A stretch of DNA of 63,251 bases, filler included. It is 5 parts of 5 records of this genome, joined end to end, with 100 filler letters (N's around TTAATTAATTAA, not from the genome) between each part and the next. Parts side by side here need not be neighbours in the genome. Positions count along the whole stretch, not along the records: positions 38,914 to 51,816 come from SRR20825006_770; positions 51,917 to 63,251 come from SRR20825006_797; 3 more parts are not named here. One strand, written 5' to 3'. A program made the position numbers and the translations under genes. Shown one piece after another: positions 47,703 to 57,443 of this stretch; the first letter of the stretch is position 1, and every line of letters begins with the position of its first letter. The notes below the pieces were generated by a model. It searched no databases. It was not told the DNA's origin and saw only the letters and a program-made list of their open reading frames with translations.

Positions 47703-48146
47703 TCAGAGGTCCAGGCCCTGGCCGGTTTCGAGGAAGGACTTCATGCTAGACAGCACAAGAGGCCAGCCCTCGCTGATCCCTTTCAGCATGCTGCTACCGG
47801 GTTGCAACTCATCGTGCGAGACGGTCAGCTTGACCATATCTTCCTGCGCTTCGATGTCGAAGGTGACCCGGCTGTACTGGTCAGGATCGTCTTTCTGGCT
47901 CTCATTCGCCCAACTGATGACGAGCCGCTTCGGCGGGACACTCTCTATGACTTTGCCAACCAGATCGACGGTGGCCTTCTTGGCGCTGATATGCTGCCAC
48001 TCGGAACCGGGCTGCCAGTCTTCTGAAACGTTTTCGTGGCCCCAGTAGCGGCGGGCGATTTCCGGCCGTGTGATTGCGTCGAACACCTTTTCGGGCGTCG
48101 TTCGGATAAAGGTGACGTAGACAAAACTGGCGGACTTGCTGGTCAT
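47703..48146 (-). CDS. SRPBCC (AHSA1-like) ligand-binding protein
   Basis: YVTFI..TPEKVF.AIT, G.V.E..PP.RLV.SW, GWP..LSS.K..LETG. Confidence 0.9.
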   Translation of the reverse strand: MTSKSASFVYVTFIRTTPEKVFDAITRPEIARRYWGHENVSEDWQPGSEWQHISAKKATVDLVGKVIESVPPKRLVISWANESQKDDPDQYSRVTFDIEAQEDMVKLTVSHDELQPGSSMLKGISEGWPLVLSSMKSFLETGQGLDL

Positions 48147-48463
48147 TTCTCGTTCCTTTCAAGTTCCTGCTTGAGGTCGTGGAGAAGACCCAGACGGCCT
48201 TCCTCGAATTTTCTGATCCAGCGCTCGTAAACCTCGTAGATCGGAACCGGATTGATAAAGTGCAGCTTCTCGCGCCCGCGGCGTGCCGTGCTGATGAGAT
48301 TGGCCTGTTCCAGAAGGCCGAGATGCTGGGTCACGGATTGGCGTTTCATATCCATGGACTCGCAGAGTTGCCCAAGCGTCTGGCCGTTTCTCTCGCAAAG
48401 ACGGTCGAGCAACCGCCTGCGGTTTGGATCGGCCAGGGCCTTGAACACCTTGTCGTCATCCAT
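48143..48463 (-). CDS. ArsR/SmtB-family regulator
   Basis: VFKALADP.RR.LL, RQSV.QHL..L..ANL....GREK. Confidence 0.9.
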   Translation of the reverse strand: MDDDKVFKALADPNRRRLLDRLCERNGQTLGQLCESMDMKRQSVTQHLGLLEQANLISTARRGREKLHFINPVPIYEVYERWIRKFEEGRLGLLHDLKQELERNEK

Positions 48464-48488
48464 TCGAACCTCCTAGCGTGACGGGAAT

Positions 48489-48540
48489 AATATATGCAGG
48501 TGTTTACCTGCATGTCAATACGTGCAGGTAAACACCTGCG
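48489..48540 (-). promoter_or_regulatory. Sigma70 promoter with two palindromic operators for the ArsR operon
   Basis: ATGCAGGT-GTTT-ACCTGCAT (48494-48513) and TGCAGGT-AAAC-ACCTGCG (48523-48540) flank a minus-strand TTGACA (48513-48518). TATATT lies 18 nt downstream. Confidence 0.75.
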
Positions 48541-48600
48541 CAATTATGGGCGCATTACCCGCGACCTGTGCATTTTTGATTTTGGATGAATAACCGAGGC

Positions 48601-48677
48601 CGAGGATGTCAGCTACGACTGGCGTCTGAACGAAACGGCGTTTCCGTAGGACGTTAAACCCGCCAGCGCAGCAGCGC
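48601..48677 (+). repeat. 77-bp direct repeat, right copy
   Basis: Carries a copy of the DUF547 3' end plus the real stop codon of the ABC permease. Confidence 0.9.
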
Positions 48678-49460
48678 TTTTTCCGCCCGGCCGATGATCC
48701 AGGATACGGTAAGCCCGATGGTCGAGAGGATGGCGACACCGGCGATGAGCTGGTCCATTGCCATCAGGCTGCCGGCCATAAGGATATAGGCGCCGACGCC
48801 GAATTCCGCGCCGATCATCTCGGCTGCTACCAACAGCACGATGGCGATGGCGGCCGAGATCCGGAAGCCCGGCAGAATCGCGGGCAGGGCGCCCGGCAGG
48901 ATGATCTTGCGGACGATGGAGAACCAGGACAGCCCGAAGGACTGGCCCATGCGGATCAGGCCCCGGTCCACATTATCCACCCCGCCATAGGTCGCGACCA
49001 CGGTTGGGAAGAAGGTGCCGAACAGGATGGTGGCAACCTTCGAGCCTTCGCCGATGCCGAACCAGATGATGAACAGCGGTAGCAGCGCGATCTTCGGGAT
49101 GGGGAAGATCGCTGCGACCAGTGGCACCATTCCGGCCCGGGCGAGGGAGAACAGCCCGATCGCAAAGCCGACAGCGATGCCGAGAATGGTGCCCGCCGTC
49201 CAGCCGATCACCAGGCGTGAGAGTGAGGCGCCGAGATGTGTCCAGAGCAAGCCGCTGTCGAGCAGCTCCATGAAGGCCGTGGCGGCCTCGCTCGGTGCGG
49301 GCAGCACAAGCGGATGAATGATGCCGATCCGGCAGCCGGTCTCCCAGACGGCGATCAGGACCACCATGACGGCGAGGCCGAACAGGGCACGCGGGCGCGG
49401 ATTGAAACCGCCGCCACGGAAGGGGACGGGTTGTTGCTGCCGTGTGGAGGGCTCAGACAT
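48654..49460 (-). CDS. NitT/TauT-family ABC permease
   Basis: PIPKIALLPL..WFGIG, LPGALP, VAAEM.GA..G.G. Confidence 0.92.
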   Translation of the reverse strand: MSEPSTRQQQPVPFRGGGFNPRPRALFGLAVMVVLIAVWETGCRIGIIHPLVLPAPSEAATAFMELLDSGLLWTHLGASLSRLVIGWTAGTILGIAVGFAIGLFSLARAGMVPLVAAIFPIPKIALLPLFIIWFGIGEGSKVATILFGTFFPTVVATYGGVDNVDRGLIRMGQSFGLSWFSIVRKIILPGALPAILPGFRISAAIAIVLLVAAEMIGAEFGVGAYILMAGSLMAMDQLIAGVAILSTIGLTVSWIIGRAEKALLRWRV

Positions 49461-50220
49461 TGATCAGCTCCATATCGGCGGCGGCCGCTTCATCGCGGAT
49501 CAGGGACCAGAGCTGTTCCTGCTTTGCGGCAAGCTCGCCCACGCGGGCGGCGCGCTCGGCCAGCGGCATGTCGATGGAGACGACCTCCCGAATACGTCCC
49601 GGGCGGCGGGACAGTACGACGATCTTGTGACCGAGCCGGACCGCTTCGTTCAGGTTGTGGGTGACATAGACAGCGGTGAATGGCGTCTTCGACCAGAGGC
49701 CGACGAGATCGTCCATCAGCAGCTCGCGGGTCTGACTGTCCAGCGCAGAGAGCGGCTCGTCCATCAGCAGGACGGCAGGGCGGACGGCGAGGGCGCGGGC
49801 GATGGCGACGCGCTGTTTCATGCCGCCGGAGAGCTGGCGGGGCAGGGCGCTTTTGAAATCGGAGAGTTTGGTGCGGGCCAGCACGTCATCGATGATGGTG
49901 TCGGTCTTTGCCTTGCCGAGCCCGTGATCTTCCAGCACGAGAGACACATTCCCGGCAACACTGCGCCAGGGCAGTAGGGCGAAATCCTGAAAGATGTAAG
50001 TCAGCGGATTGAGGCTGTCGGCCGGTGGGGCGCCGTGTTCGAGGATGGAACCTTCGTCCGGCCGTTCCAGTCCGCCGATCAGGCGCAACAGGGTCGATTT
50101 TCCGCAGCCTGACGGGCCGACGATACAGACGATCTCACCGGTGGGAATCTCTAGGTCGATATCGCTCAGAACCGGCATGCCGCCATAGCGGTGGTTGATG
50201 CCGTTCAATGTCAGTTGCAT
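49453..50220 (-). CDS. NitT/TauT-family ABC ATPase
   Basis: GPSGCGKST, LSGGMKQR, LMDEP, SRRPGRI. Confidence 0.92.
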   Translation of the reverse strand: MQLTLNGINHRYGGMPVLSDIDLEIPTGEIVCIVGPSGCGKSTLLRLIGGLERPDEGSILEHGAPPADSLNPLTYIFQDFALLPWRSVAGNVSLVLEDHGLGKAKTDTIIDDVLARTKLSDFKSALPRQLSGGMKQRVAIARALAVRPAVLLMDEPLSALDSQTRELLMDDLVGLWSKTPFTAVYVTHNLNEAVRLGHKIVVLSRRPGRIREVVSIDMPLAERAARVGELAAKQEQLWSLIRDEAAAADMELINV

Positions 50221-50275
50221 GGGAAGGCTCGCAGGTTCCGGCAGGGCCCGGCTTTTGTAGCCGGGCCCATCAGGA

Positions 50276-51298
50276 TCAGTAGGTTTCGACGAATTGCGTA
50301 TCGACCAGCGTGTCGATCGAGATGTCCTTGCCGACCAGACCTTCGCTCTGGAACCAGGCGAGCTGCTTCTTCACGTTGGTCAGGTTCAGCTTGAGGTTCG
50401 GCTGCAGCCGCATGGCGCCGTTCTTGATCGACGGCGCGGCCTTCTCAAAAGGACGGCTGGTATAGACATATTTGTGGATCAACTTGGTCATCTCTTCGAT
50501 GGCCGGATCGCCCTTGGTCTTGTCAACCATGACGGCGTTGAAATCGGCCGCGCCCTTGGCGTAGGCGGCGACGAATTTCTTCACCAGCTCCGGTCGCTCG
50601 GCGGCGTTCTTGGCGGAGGTGAAGGCGGTGGTCACCTGATAGTCGTCATAGTCGCCGATCCAGCCGATGATCTTCGCTGCGCCACTGTTCGACAGTGGCT
50701 TGGCGATGTGCGGCACGATGATCATGGCGTCGATTTGGGCGGATTTCAGCGCGCCGATGATGGCGCCGACCTTCTGCAACGGCTTCAGGGAGATGTCCGA
50801 AATAGGGAAGCCTTCCTTCGCCGCGACCTGGGAGGCCATGTAGTGGAAGGAGGAGCCGGTCTGGGTGATGCCGAGGCTGTGACCCGCAAGTTTGTCCGGG
50901 CTGGTCAGGCCAGCCTCAAAAGCGGCTGTGCTGACCAGGATGGCGGAGCCGTCGATGCCTTTTTCTTCCTGCAATACGCCGCCGATCACTTTCACCGCGC
51001 CCTTGTCGGCGAGGTTGACGAGACCGCCGGTGATCGAGGTCACGCCGAAATCGACATCGCCCGACGCAATCGCCACGGCCATCGGCTGGGCGGCCTGGAA
51101 GAACTTGAACTCGACCTCAAGGCCCTGCTCGGTGAAATACCCCTTCTCGAAGGCAACGAAGCCGCCCGCGTGCGAGGTGAAACGGAGCGCGCCGACGGTG
51201 ATCTTGTCGGCAGCAGCGGCCGTTCCGATGGTCCCGGCGATGACGCCGAGTGCCGTAAGGCCCGCCATCACGGCGCGGCGCGTGAAGAGATGATTCAT
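50276..51298 (-). CDS. NitT/TauT-family ABC substrate-binding protein (Tat-like signal)
   Basis: TRRAVM signal, A.EKGYF...GL.VE. GGAGG RBS before 51298. Confidence 0.88.
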   Translation of the reverse strand: MNHLFTRRAVMAGLTALGVIAGTIGTAAAADKITVGALRFTSHAGGFVAFEKGYFTEQGLEVEFKFFQAAQPMAVAIASGDVDFGVTSITGGLVNLADKGAVKVIGGVLQEEKGIDGSAILVSTAAFEAGLTSPDKLAGHSLGITQTGSSFHYMASQVAAKEGFPISDISLKPLQKVGAIIGALKSAQIDAMIIVPHIAKPLSNSGAAKIIGWIGDYDDYQVTTAFTSAKNAAERPELVKKFVAAYAKGAADFNAVMVDKTKGDPAIEEMTKLIHKYVYTSRPFEKAAPSIKNGAMRLQPNLKLNLTNVKKQLAWFQSEGLVGKDISIDTLVDTQFVETY

Positions 51299-51392
51299 CT
51301 CTGATCCTCCCGAGTTTCTTATGAAGAGCAGCATAAAACCGCCAGATGACACGGGCCTTCTCTTAATCGGTTCGGCTCCATGAGGAAACCAA

Positions 51393-51420
51393 ATTGCGCA
51401 ACCGGGCATGCTTGCGCAAT
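51393..51420. promoter_or_regulatory. Inverted repeat between divergent genes
   Basis: ATTGCGCAA-N10-TTGCGCAAT. Confidence 0.45.
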
Positions 51421-51478
51421 GATGGGGTTAATAAACAAAATCTTAGAAACGCTATCCCCACCCTTGGAAACGCCTTCA

Positions 51479-51816
51479 ATGACCAGCTTTGATTATGTGA
51501 TCGTCGGCGCCGGCTCGGCCGGTTGTGTGCTCGCGAACCGGCTCAGTGCGGATCCGTCCGTGACCGTGTGCCTGCTTGAGGCGGGCCCGCCGGATTACCA
51601 TCCGATGATCCATATCCCGGCCGGCTTCATGAAGACGCTGGTCGACCCCTCGGTGAACTGGCTGTACGAGAGCGAGCCGAGCTACTGGACCGGCGGCCGC
51701 TCCATCGCGGCGCCGCGCGGCAAGACCCTGGGCGGCTCCAGCTCCATCAACGGGCACATCTACAATCGTGGCCAACGGCTTGATTTTGACGGCTGGGCCC
51801 AGCGCGGCAACCGGGG
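51479..51816 (+). CDS. GMC oxidoreductase (choline dehydrogenase-like), 5' part
   Basis: DYVIVGAGSAGCVLANRLS, LLEAG, PRGKTLGGSSSING. Confidence 0.92.
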
Positions 51817-51916
51817 NNNNNNNNNNNNNNNNNNNNNNNNNNNNNNNNNNNNNNNNNNNNTTAATTAATTAANNNNNNNNNNNNNNNNNNNNNNNNNNNN
51901 NNNNNNNNNNNNNNNN
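51817..51916. other. Artificial contig spacer
   Basis: N-run with TTAATTAATTAA. Confidence 0.99.
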
Positions 51917-51917
51917 T

Positions 51918-52199
51918 TTTGGCACCGTCCTCGCCGACAACGGCGGTAAACTCGTCGAGCACGAGTACTGGGGCGTCAAAACGATGGCTTACAAGATCAA
52001 CAAAAACCGCAAGGGCCACTACGCCTTCCTGCGCACCGACGCCCCGTCGGAAGCCGTGCAGGAAATGGAACGCCTGATGCGTCTGCATGATGATGTGATG
52101 CGTATTCTCACCATCAAAGTCGACGAGCACAAAGAAGGCCCGTCCGTCCAAATGCAGAAACGTGACGAGCGCGAAGAGCGCCGCCCGCGTCGCCCTTGA
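51918..52199 (+). CDS. rpsF: 30S ribosomal protein S6 (3' part)
   Basis: EYWG...MAYKINKNRKGHY. Confidence 0.95.
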   Translation, partial: FGTVLADNGGKLVEHEYWGVKTMAYKINKNRKGHYAFLRTDAPSEAVQEMERLMRLHDDVMRILTIKVDEHKEGPSVQMQKRDEREERRPRRP

Positions 52200-52220
52200 T
52201 CTTAGGAAAGGACCTAACCT

Positions 52221-52448
52221 ATGGCCGCTAAACCATTTTTCCGCCGTCGCAAAGTCTGCCCGTTCTCCGGCGACAACGCGCCCGCGATTGACTACAAAGA
52301 CACCCGCCTTCTTCAGCGCTACATCTCTGAGCGTGGCAAGATCGTGCCTTCCCGTATCACCGCAGTCTCTGCGAAGAAACAGCGTGAGCTGGCTCGCGCC
52401 ATCAAACGCGCCCGTTTCCTCGCCCTGCTGCCCTACGCCGTGAAGTAA
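52221..52448 (+). CDS. rpsR: 30S ribosomal protein S18
   Basis: [21 protein letters not shown]. Confidence 0.97.
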   Translation: MAAKPFFRRRKVCPFSGDNAPAIDYKDTRLLQRYISERGKIVPSRITAVSAKKQRELARAIKRARFLALLPYAVK

Positions 52449-52459
52449 GGAGAAAGCAC

Positions 52460-53065
52460 ATGCAAGTTATCCTTCTCGAACGCGTGGCCAAACTCGGTCA
52501 AATGGGCGATGTCGTCTCCGTCAAAGACGGTTACGCACGCAACTTCCTTTTGCCGCAAGAGAAAGCGCTCCGCGCCTCCGACGCCAACATCAAGGCGTTT
52601 GAAGCTCAGAAAGTGCAACTCGAAGCCCGCAACCTGGAAACCAAAAAAGAAGCCGAAGCCGCTGCCGCCAAACTCGACGGTCAGATCTTTGTTGTGATTC
52701 GGTCCGCTTCCGATTCTGGTTCGCTCTACGGGTCCGTTACGCCGCGTGACGCCGCAGACGCTGCCGAAGCCGCTGGTTTCACCGTTGACCGCAAACAGGT
52801 CGCTCTCAAAGCTCCGATCAAGGAACTCGGCCTGCACGAAATGCACGTCGTCCTGCACCCGGAAGTTGAAGCGACCATCGTTCTCAACGTAGCCCGCTCT
52901 ACTGAAGAAGCCGAACTTCAGGCCGAAGGCAAATCCATTCAGGAACTCGCCGCTGAAGCCGAAGCCCAGGCTGAATTCGAAATCTCCGAACTCTTCGACG
53001 ATATGGGTTCGGCTGCAAATGACGACGACGATTACGATTCTGCTCCGGCATCCGACGAAGCCTAA
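52460..53065 (+). CDS. rplI: 50S ribosomal protein L9
   Basis: MQVILLE...LG..GD.V.VK.GYARNFL.P, LYGSV. Confidence 0.97.
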   Translation: MQVILLERVAKLGQMGDVVSVKDGYARNFLLPQEKALRASDANIKAFEAQKVQLEARNLETKKEAEAAAAKLDGQIFVVIRSASDSGSLYGSVTPRDAADAAEAAGFTVDRKQVALKAPIKELGLHEMHVVLHPEVEATIVLNVARSTEEAELQAEGKSIQELAAEAEAQAEFEISELFDDMGSAANDDDDYDSAPASDEA

Positions 53066-53086
53066 TCTTCTCGTCTCTCCGATCAG

Positions 53087-53116
53087 AAAGCCCCGCCAAT
53101 TTGGCGGGGCTTTTTT
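53087..53116 (+). terminator. Intrinsic terminator
   Basis: AAAGCCCCGCCAA-T-TTGGCGGGGCTTTTTT. Confidence 0.9.
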
Positions 53117-53268
53117 GTGGCGATTGGCAACGCCAGGCCCGCCCCTATCTTGGTCCCATTGCTTCACGCCTCAGCGTATCCTTGCCGATGCCCCTGCCCT
53201 CCACGCTTCGGGTCTTGGCGAAACACAGCACCCGTGGTTTTGTCCCCAAGAGCTTTCGGAGATATTAC

Positions 53269-53754
53269 ATGCCTCACCCGACCCGCCGCGCCTTTATGCT
53301 GTCCTCTCTCGCCTTCTCGACCCTCGCGCTCACCGCCTGCGGCCAGCGAGAACCAGAGGTCAGCCGCGGCGGCTATAACCCGCCGCTTTTCCCCAACGAA
53401 ACGCCGGAACTGCGACAGCTCATCAACAAATGGGCCGACACCTACCAAATCCCGCGTGAATTGGTCCATCGTCAGGCCATCCGCGAATCCACCCATCGCC
53501 CGGAGGCGCGCAACGGGCCCTATTACGGCCTGCTGCAAATCCTGCCGCAAACCGCGCGCACCATGGGGCATGACGGCCCGCCAAGCGAGCTTTTGGACCC
53601 GAATGTGAACCTGAAATACGCTGGAAAATACCTGCGCGGGGCCTACATCGTGGCCGATGGCGATGTTGACACCGCGATGAAATGGTATGCGAAAGGCTAT
53701 TACTACGAGGCCAAGAAAAAGGGCCTGCTTTATGAAACGGGCCTCAGAAGTTAG
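53269..53754 (+). CDS. Lytic transglycosylase (SLT) lipoprotein
   Basis: TRRAF..LTAC signal, RES, GLLQI...TA, NL..AG.YL. Confidence 0.88.
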   Translation: MPHPTRRAFMLSSLAFSTLALTACGQREPEVSRGGYNPPLFPNETPELRQLINKWADTYQIPRELVHRQAIRESTHRPEARNGPYYGLLQILPQTARTMGHDGPPSELLDPNVNLKYAGKYLRGAYIVADGDVDTAMKWYAKGYYYEAKKKGLLYETGLRS

Positions 53755-54062
53755 TCTGCAACGCAGCGAAATGGCAGAAACGACCCCGTCGCTCCCTCAG
53801 CCACAGCCATAAGCGACAGCATATCTGCAAGCTCTCGCTCTTCCGCCGTTCGGGGGCACACCGCCCCTCGAATGGCACAGCCCGCCTCAAGAAATACACG
53901 GTTGGCTGCGATGAACTCCGGGCTTAGCCCGTCAATCGTCTCACCATCTGTCGCCATATCCCAAGCCCGTTCAAACCGGACGCATTTCTCAGCCGTCCAT
54001 TCCGGCGAAATCGCCTGTGCCGTCCCTGGCATCATCAGCATGCATAAAAGCCAAAAGCGCAT
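53751..54062 (-). CDS. Hypothetical small secreted protein with four Cys in the mature part
   Basis: Signal peptide (TAQA), GATGSFLPF.C. Confidence 0.6.
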   Translation of the reverse strand: MRFWLLCMLMMPGTAQAISPEWTAEKCVRFERAWDMATDGETIDGLSPEFIAANRVFLEAGCAIRGAVCPRTAEERELADMLSLMAVAEGATGSFLPFRCVAD

Positions 54063-54106
54063 TCTCTGACATCCTTCGCCCTGTGTCCTGTCAGGCCTTA
54101 TCCAAC

Positions 54107-54132
54107 AAAAAACCGCCCGTCAAACGGGCGGT
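54107..54132 (-). terminator. Intrinsic terminator of aqpZ
   Basis: ACCGCCCGT/ACGGGCGGT stem with a minus-strand T-tract. Confidence 0.8.
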
Positions 54133-54155
54133 CTTCTCATGCGCGGGTCTTAGCC

Positions 54156-54845
54156 TCAATCCTCGGTGGACATGATCTTCCAGATCACAGCCCCGATCAC
54201 GGCCCCCACAAGGGGCGCGACCCAGAACAGCCAAAGCTGGCCCAAAGCATCGGTCTGGGCAAAAAGCGCAACTGCGGTCGAGCGCGCCGGGTTCACCGAT
54301 GTGTTGGTCACCGGGATCGAGATCAGGTGGATCAACGTCAGGCCAAGCCCGATGGCAATCGGCGCAAACCCTGCCGGAGCACGCGCCGAGGTTGCCCCCA
54401 AAATGATGATCAAAAACACCGCCGTCAGCAGGGTTTCAATGATCAAAGCCGCCGTCATGCCATAGCCGTTTGGCGACAAGACCCCATAGCCGTTGGAGGC
54501 AAAGCCGCCCACGCCCTCAAACCCGGACTGGCCGGAGGCAATGGCATAGAGGGCGGCGGCAGCAAGGATGCCCCCCATCAGTTGCGCGCCCCAATAGGCC
54601 GGCAATTCGCCCGCCGGGTGACGCCCTGCCACCACCAGACCCAGCGTGACGGCCGGGTTAAAATGGCCGCCGGAAATCGACCCGACCGCATAGGCCATGG
54701 TCAAAACCGTCAATCCGAAGGCCAGTGCCACGCCCAGCCAACCGATCCCAACGTCCGGCGCCCCGGCAGCATAAATCGCGCTGCCACAGCCGCCAAAGAC
54801 CAACCAAAACGTGCCGACACCTTCGGCCATAAGTTTCTTCAACAT
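54156..54845 (-). CDS. aqpZ: Aquaporin Z
   Basis: Two NPA motifs (HFNPAV, SVNPARS), [13 protein letters not shown]. Confidence 0.96.
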   Translation of the reverse strand: MLKKLMAEGVGTFWLVFGGCGSAIYAAGAPDVGIGWLGVALAFGLTVLTMAYAVGSISGGHFNPAVTLGLVVAGRHPAGELPAYWGAQLMGGILAAAALYAIASGQSGFEGVGGFASNGYGVLSPNGYGMTAALIIETLLTAVFLIIILGATSARAPAGFAPIAIGLGLTLIHLISIPVTNTSVNPARSTAVALFAQTDALGQLWLFWVAPLVGAVIGAVIWKIMSTED

Positions 54846-54977
54846 CGTCTTTCTCCAAATGTGATGCTCACGCATATGTGAGGATCACAGGATCGCGCAT
54901 GGGGAAAATTTCCAATGTTGCAGCCATTCCCTTAGGGCACCCTAAAGCGCATCCATGCCGCGGAAAGAGGCGCGCAT

Positions 54978-55007
54978 AAAAAAGCCGCCCCATTTCTGGA
55001 GCGGCTT
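54978..55007 (-). terminator. Intrinsic terminator of tig
   Basis: Minus strand AAGCCGCTCCA-GAAA-TGGGGCGGCTTTTTT. Confidence 0.8.
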
Positions 55008-55043
55008 GATCTGTCCCTCGTTCATTCAAACGAGTGGCCTGTC

Positions 55044-56372
55044 TTACTCTTCGTCGAGAGCTTCAACAGCCTTTTCGAGCTCTTCTTTCGAGATCTCTTT
55101 TTCGGTCACGTCAGCTTGCTCAGCGATCCAATCCACCACTTTGTCCTCGAACAAAGGCGCTTGGATTTGCTGACGCATCTGCGGGTTTTGCTGAACGAAT
55201 TCAAAGAACTGGCGTTCCTGTCCCGGATATTGACGGGCCTGCGTCATCACCGCTTGGGTGAATTCCGCATCAGAGACTTGCAGCTCTTGTTTCTGACCGA
55301 TGTCAGCCAGCAAAAGACCCAAACGCACGCGGCGCACGGCCAATGTGTTGTGCTCTTCGGTCACCTCGACTTCCGGGTGATCGTGGCCATGCACGTCCGG
55401 GTTTTCTTCGTGCCACAGTTGATGCGCGATCTGTTTGGCTTCGGCCTCAACCAAGGACGGCGGCAAGTCAAAGGACACGAGGCTGTCGAGCTGGTCCAAA
55501 AGACCGCGTTTCATCACAGCGCGCGCCGCACCGGCATATTCGGCTTCAAGACGCTCAGCGATTTGACCTTTGAGGGTCGCCAGATCTTCCACACCAAATT
55601 TTTTCGCCAGCTCATCATCAATCTCAGCATCCGCAGGTGCTTTGACCTCTTTGATTTTGCATTCAAACACAGCGGCTTTGCCAGCCAGGTTCTCGGCGCC
55701 ATATTCCTCGGGGAAATTGACTTCGACGTTCTTTTCCTCGCCGGCTTTGGTGCCGACAAGCTGCTCTTCAAAACCCGGAATAAACGACCCGGAGCCCAGC
55801 GTGAGCGGGTAATCTTCGGCTGCGCCGCCTTCAAAAGGCTCGCCGTCGACTTTACCCAAGAAGTCGATCACTACCTGATCGCCATCTTCGGCCGCGCCGT
55901 CTTTGGCGGCAAAGTTCTGCGCGGTTTTGGCAAGGTTGGCCAAAGCATCGTCAACTTCTTTATCGGAGGCTTTCACCACCAGTTTCTCAAGTTTCACACC
56001 GGACAGGTCGGTCTCGGCGATCTCAGGCAGAGCTTCGTAGGTCATGGTGACAACAACGTCGTCGCCCTCTTTCCACTCTTCGCCCGCATCCATTTTGACA
56101 TCGGGCTGAAGCGCCGGACGGTCGCCGGAGGCTTCAAAATGCTCGTTCATCGCGCCATCAACAGCGTCTTGCATGGCTTCGCCCAGCACACGCGGGCCGA
56201 ACTGCTTTTTCAAAAGCGCCATCGGGACTTTGCCCTTACGGAAGCCCTTCATTTCGATCTCAGGCTGAGATTCTTTGAGCTTTGCATTGACTTTGGCGTC
56301 AAGCTCAGCGGCAGTGATCGTGATCTGATAGCCGCGCTTCAGACCTTCATTCAGGGTCTCGGTGACCTGCAT
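55044..56372 (-). CDS. tig: Trigger factor
   Basis: [12 protein letters not shown] domain ([13 protein letters not shown]). Confidence 0.97.
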   Translation of the reverse strand: MQVTETLNEGLKRGYQITITAAELDAKVNAKLKESQPEIEMKGFRKGKVPMALLKKQFGPRVLGEAMQDAVDGAMNEHFEASGDRPALQPDVKMDAGEEWKEGDDVVVTMTYEALPEIAETDLSGVKLEKLVVKASDKEVDDALANLAKTAQNFAAKDGAAEDGDQVVIDFLGKVDGEPFEGGAAEDYPLTLGSGSFIPGFEEQLVGTKAGEEKNVEVNFPEEYGAENLAGKAAVFECKIKEVKAPADAEIDDELAKKFGVEDLATLKGQIAERLEAEYAGAARAVMKRGLLDQLDSLVSFDLPPSLVEAEAKQIAHQLWHEENPDVHGHDHPEVEVTEEHNTLAVRRVRLGLLLADIGQKQELQVSDAEFTQAVMTQARQYPGQERQFFEFVQQNPQMRQQIQAPLFEDKVVDWIAEQADVTEKEISKEELEKAVEALDEE

Positions 56373-56736
56373 CTTGGGCGTCCTTCTTACGTCTCTCTCA
56401 GGCCGCAACAAGGCGACCACTAAATCAGACGCCCTTCTAGGGGGTCAATGCCAATCGTGCAAGGCGATTCCAACCATCCGGCGCAACCAGCCTTCCCCGC
56501 CCAAGGCTCAAAGCCGGTTCTGCTCTTGTGATGTGGAACAAAGGTCACAGTGAGGATCAAGATGATCCTTGGCATGCACTCGGGCACAAGTTTTCATCGA
56601 CCCTTGACCTGTCATCGGTTAACCATCTGACATTGGATGCTTTCACCCTCCGGGATTCCGAATGTCCCGGATCACAGGGTCGACCCATATAAGGTCGACC
56701 AGACCACTATAAAACCCGTATCCTCAGGGGAACTTT

Positions 56737-57438
56737 ATGAATATTTCGACGTTTACCGGCCTGTCTTTGATTGTCTTTAGCCTTGCTGCCTGCGGCACTG
56801 CCGGAGGGGATTCAGACTCCAACAGTTCCGGGACGTCGCAAAGTGATTATGAAACCTACAACGCCGCCCATGACGCGATCACCGACGCGGGCTTGGTCGC
56901 ATCCGCCGTTGCTTTGGGCACCGCCGCCGCCGATGCGCGCAGTGACACGGTCGAAATGAGCGGCATTTATGGCATCCAATCCGATGACCTGCTCGGCACC
57001 GACGCGATCCTTGGTGAAATGTCGATGACGGCGAATTTCGGCAATGACACAGTGTCTGGCTCCATGACCAACAACTTCATTGCCTTTGATGATGCAAGCG
57101 GCGCGCATTCCGAGGGCTCCGCCGAACCCCTCAGCGGCTCAATGACCTATGTGGGCACCGTGAGTGGGGACGGTATCGCAAGCCATTTTGATGGAATTTT
57201 GACCCGCACTGATGGCACCCAATATGATCTCTACGTCGATATGACGGGCACGTTCTATACGGTCACGGATGGGGCGCTCACCGAATTGGGTGCCATTGGC
57301 AATTTTGGTGGCAACATCACCGTGGTCGGGGACGCCACGGGCACAATCTATGACCTCACCGATGGGTACGATTTTGTTTCCCCAAACGGAAACGAAACCG
57401 GCTTTGTCGTTTGTGAAAGCCTGTGCAGCGGCGAATAA
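56737..57438 (+). CDS. Acidic lipoprotein with TbpB-like beta-barrel (putative Slam cargo)
   Basis: Lipobox LAAC, Ser/Gly linker, M.ANF...TVSG and M.G.FY beta-strand pattern. Confidence 0.65.
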   Translation: MNISTFTGLSLIVFSLAACGTAGGDSDSNSSGTSQSDYETYNAAHDAITDAGLVASAVALGTAAADARSDTVEMSGIYGIQSDDLLGTDAILGEMSMTANFGNDTVSGSMTNNFIAFDDASGAHSEGSAEPLSGSMTYVGTVSGDGIASHFDGILTRTDGTQYDLYVDMTGTFYTVTDGALTELGAIGNFGGNITVVGDATGTIYDLTDGYDFVSPNGNETGFVVCESLCSGE

Positions 57439-57443
57439 GCGCG

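Noticed and set aside
55116-56423. Long antisense ORFs (435 aa opposite tig; similar ones opposite ald, the ABC genes, modABC and DUF294)
   Set aside because: Shadow frames expected from GC-rich codon bias, with no recognisable motifs.
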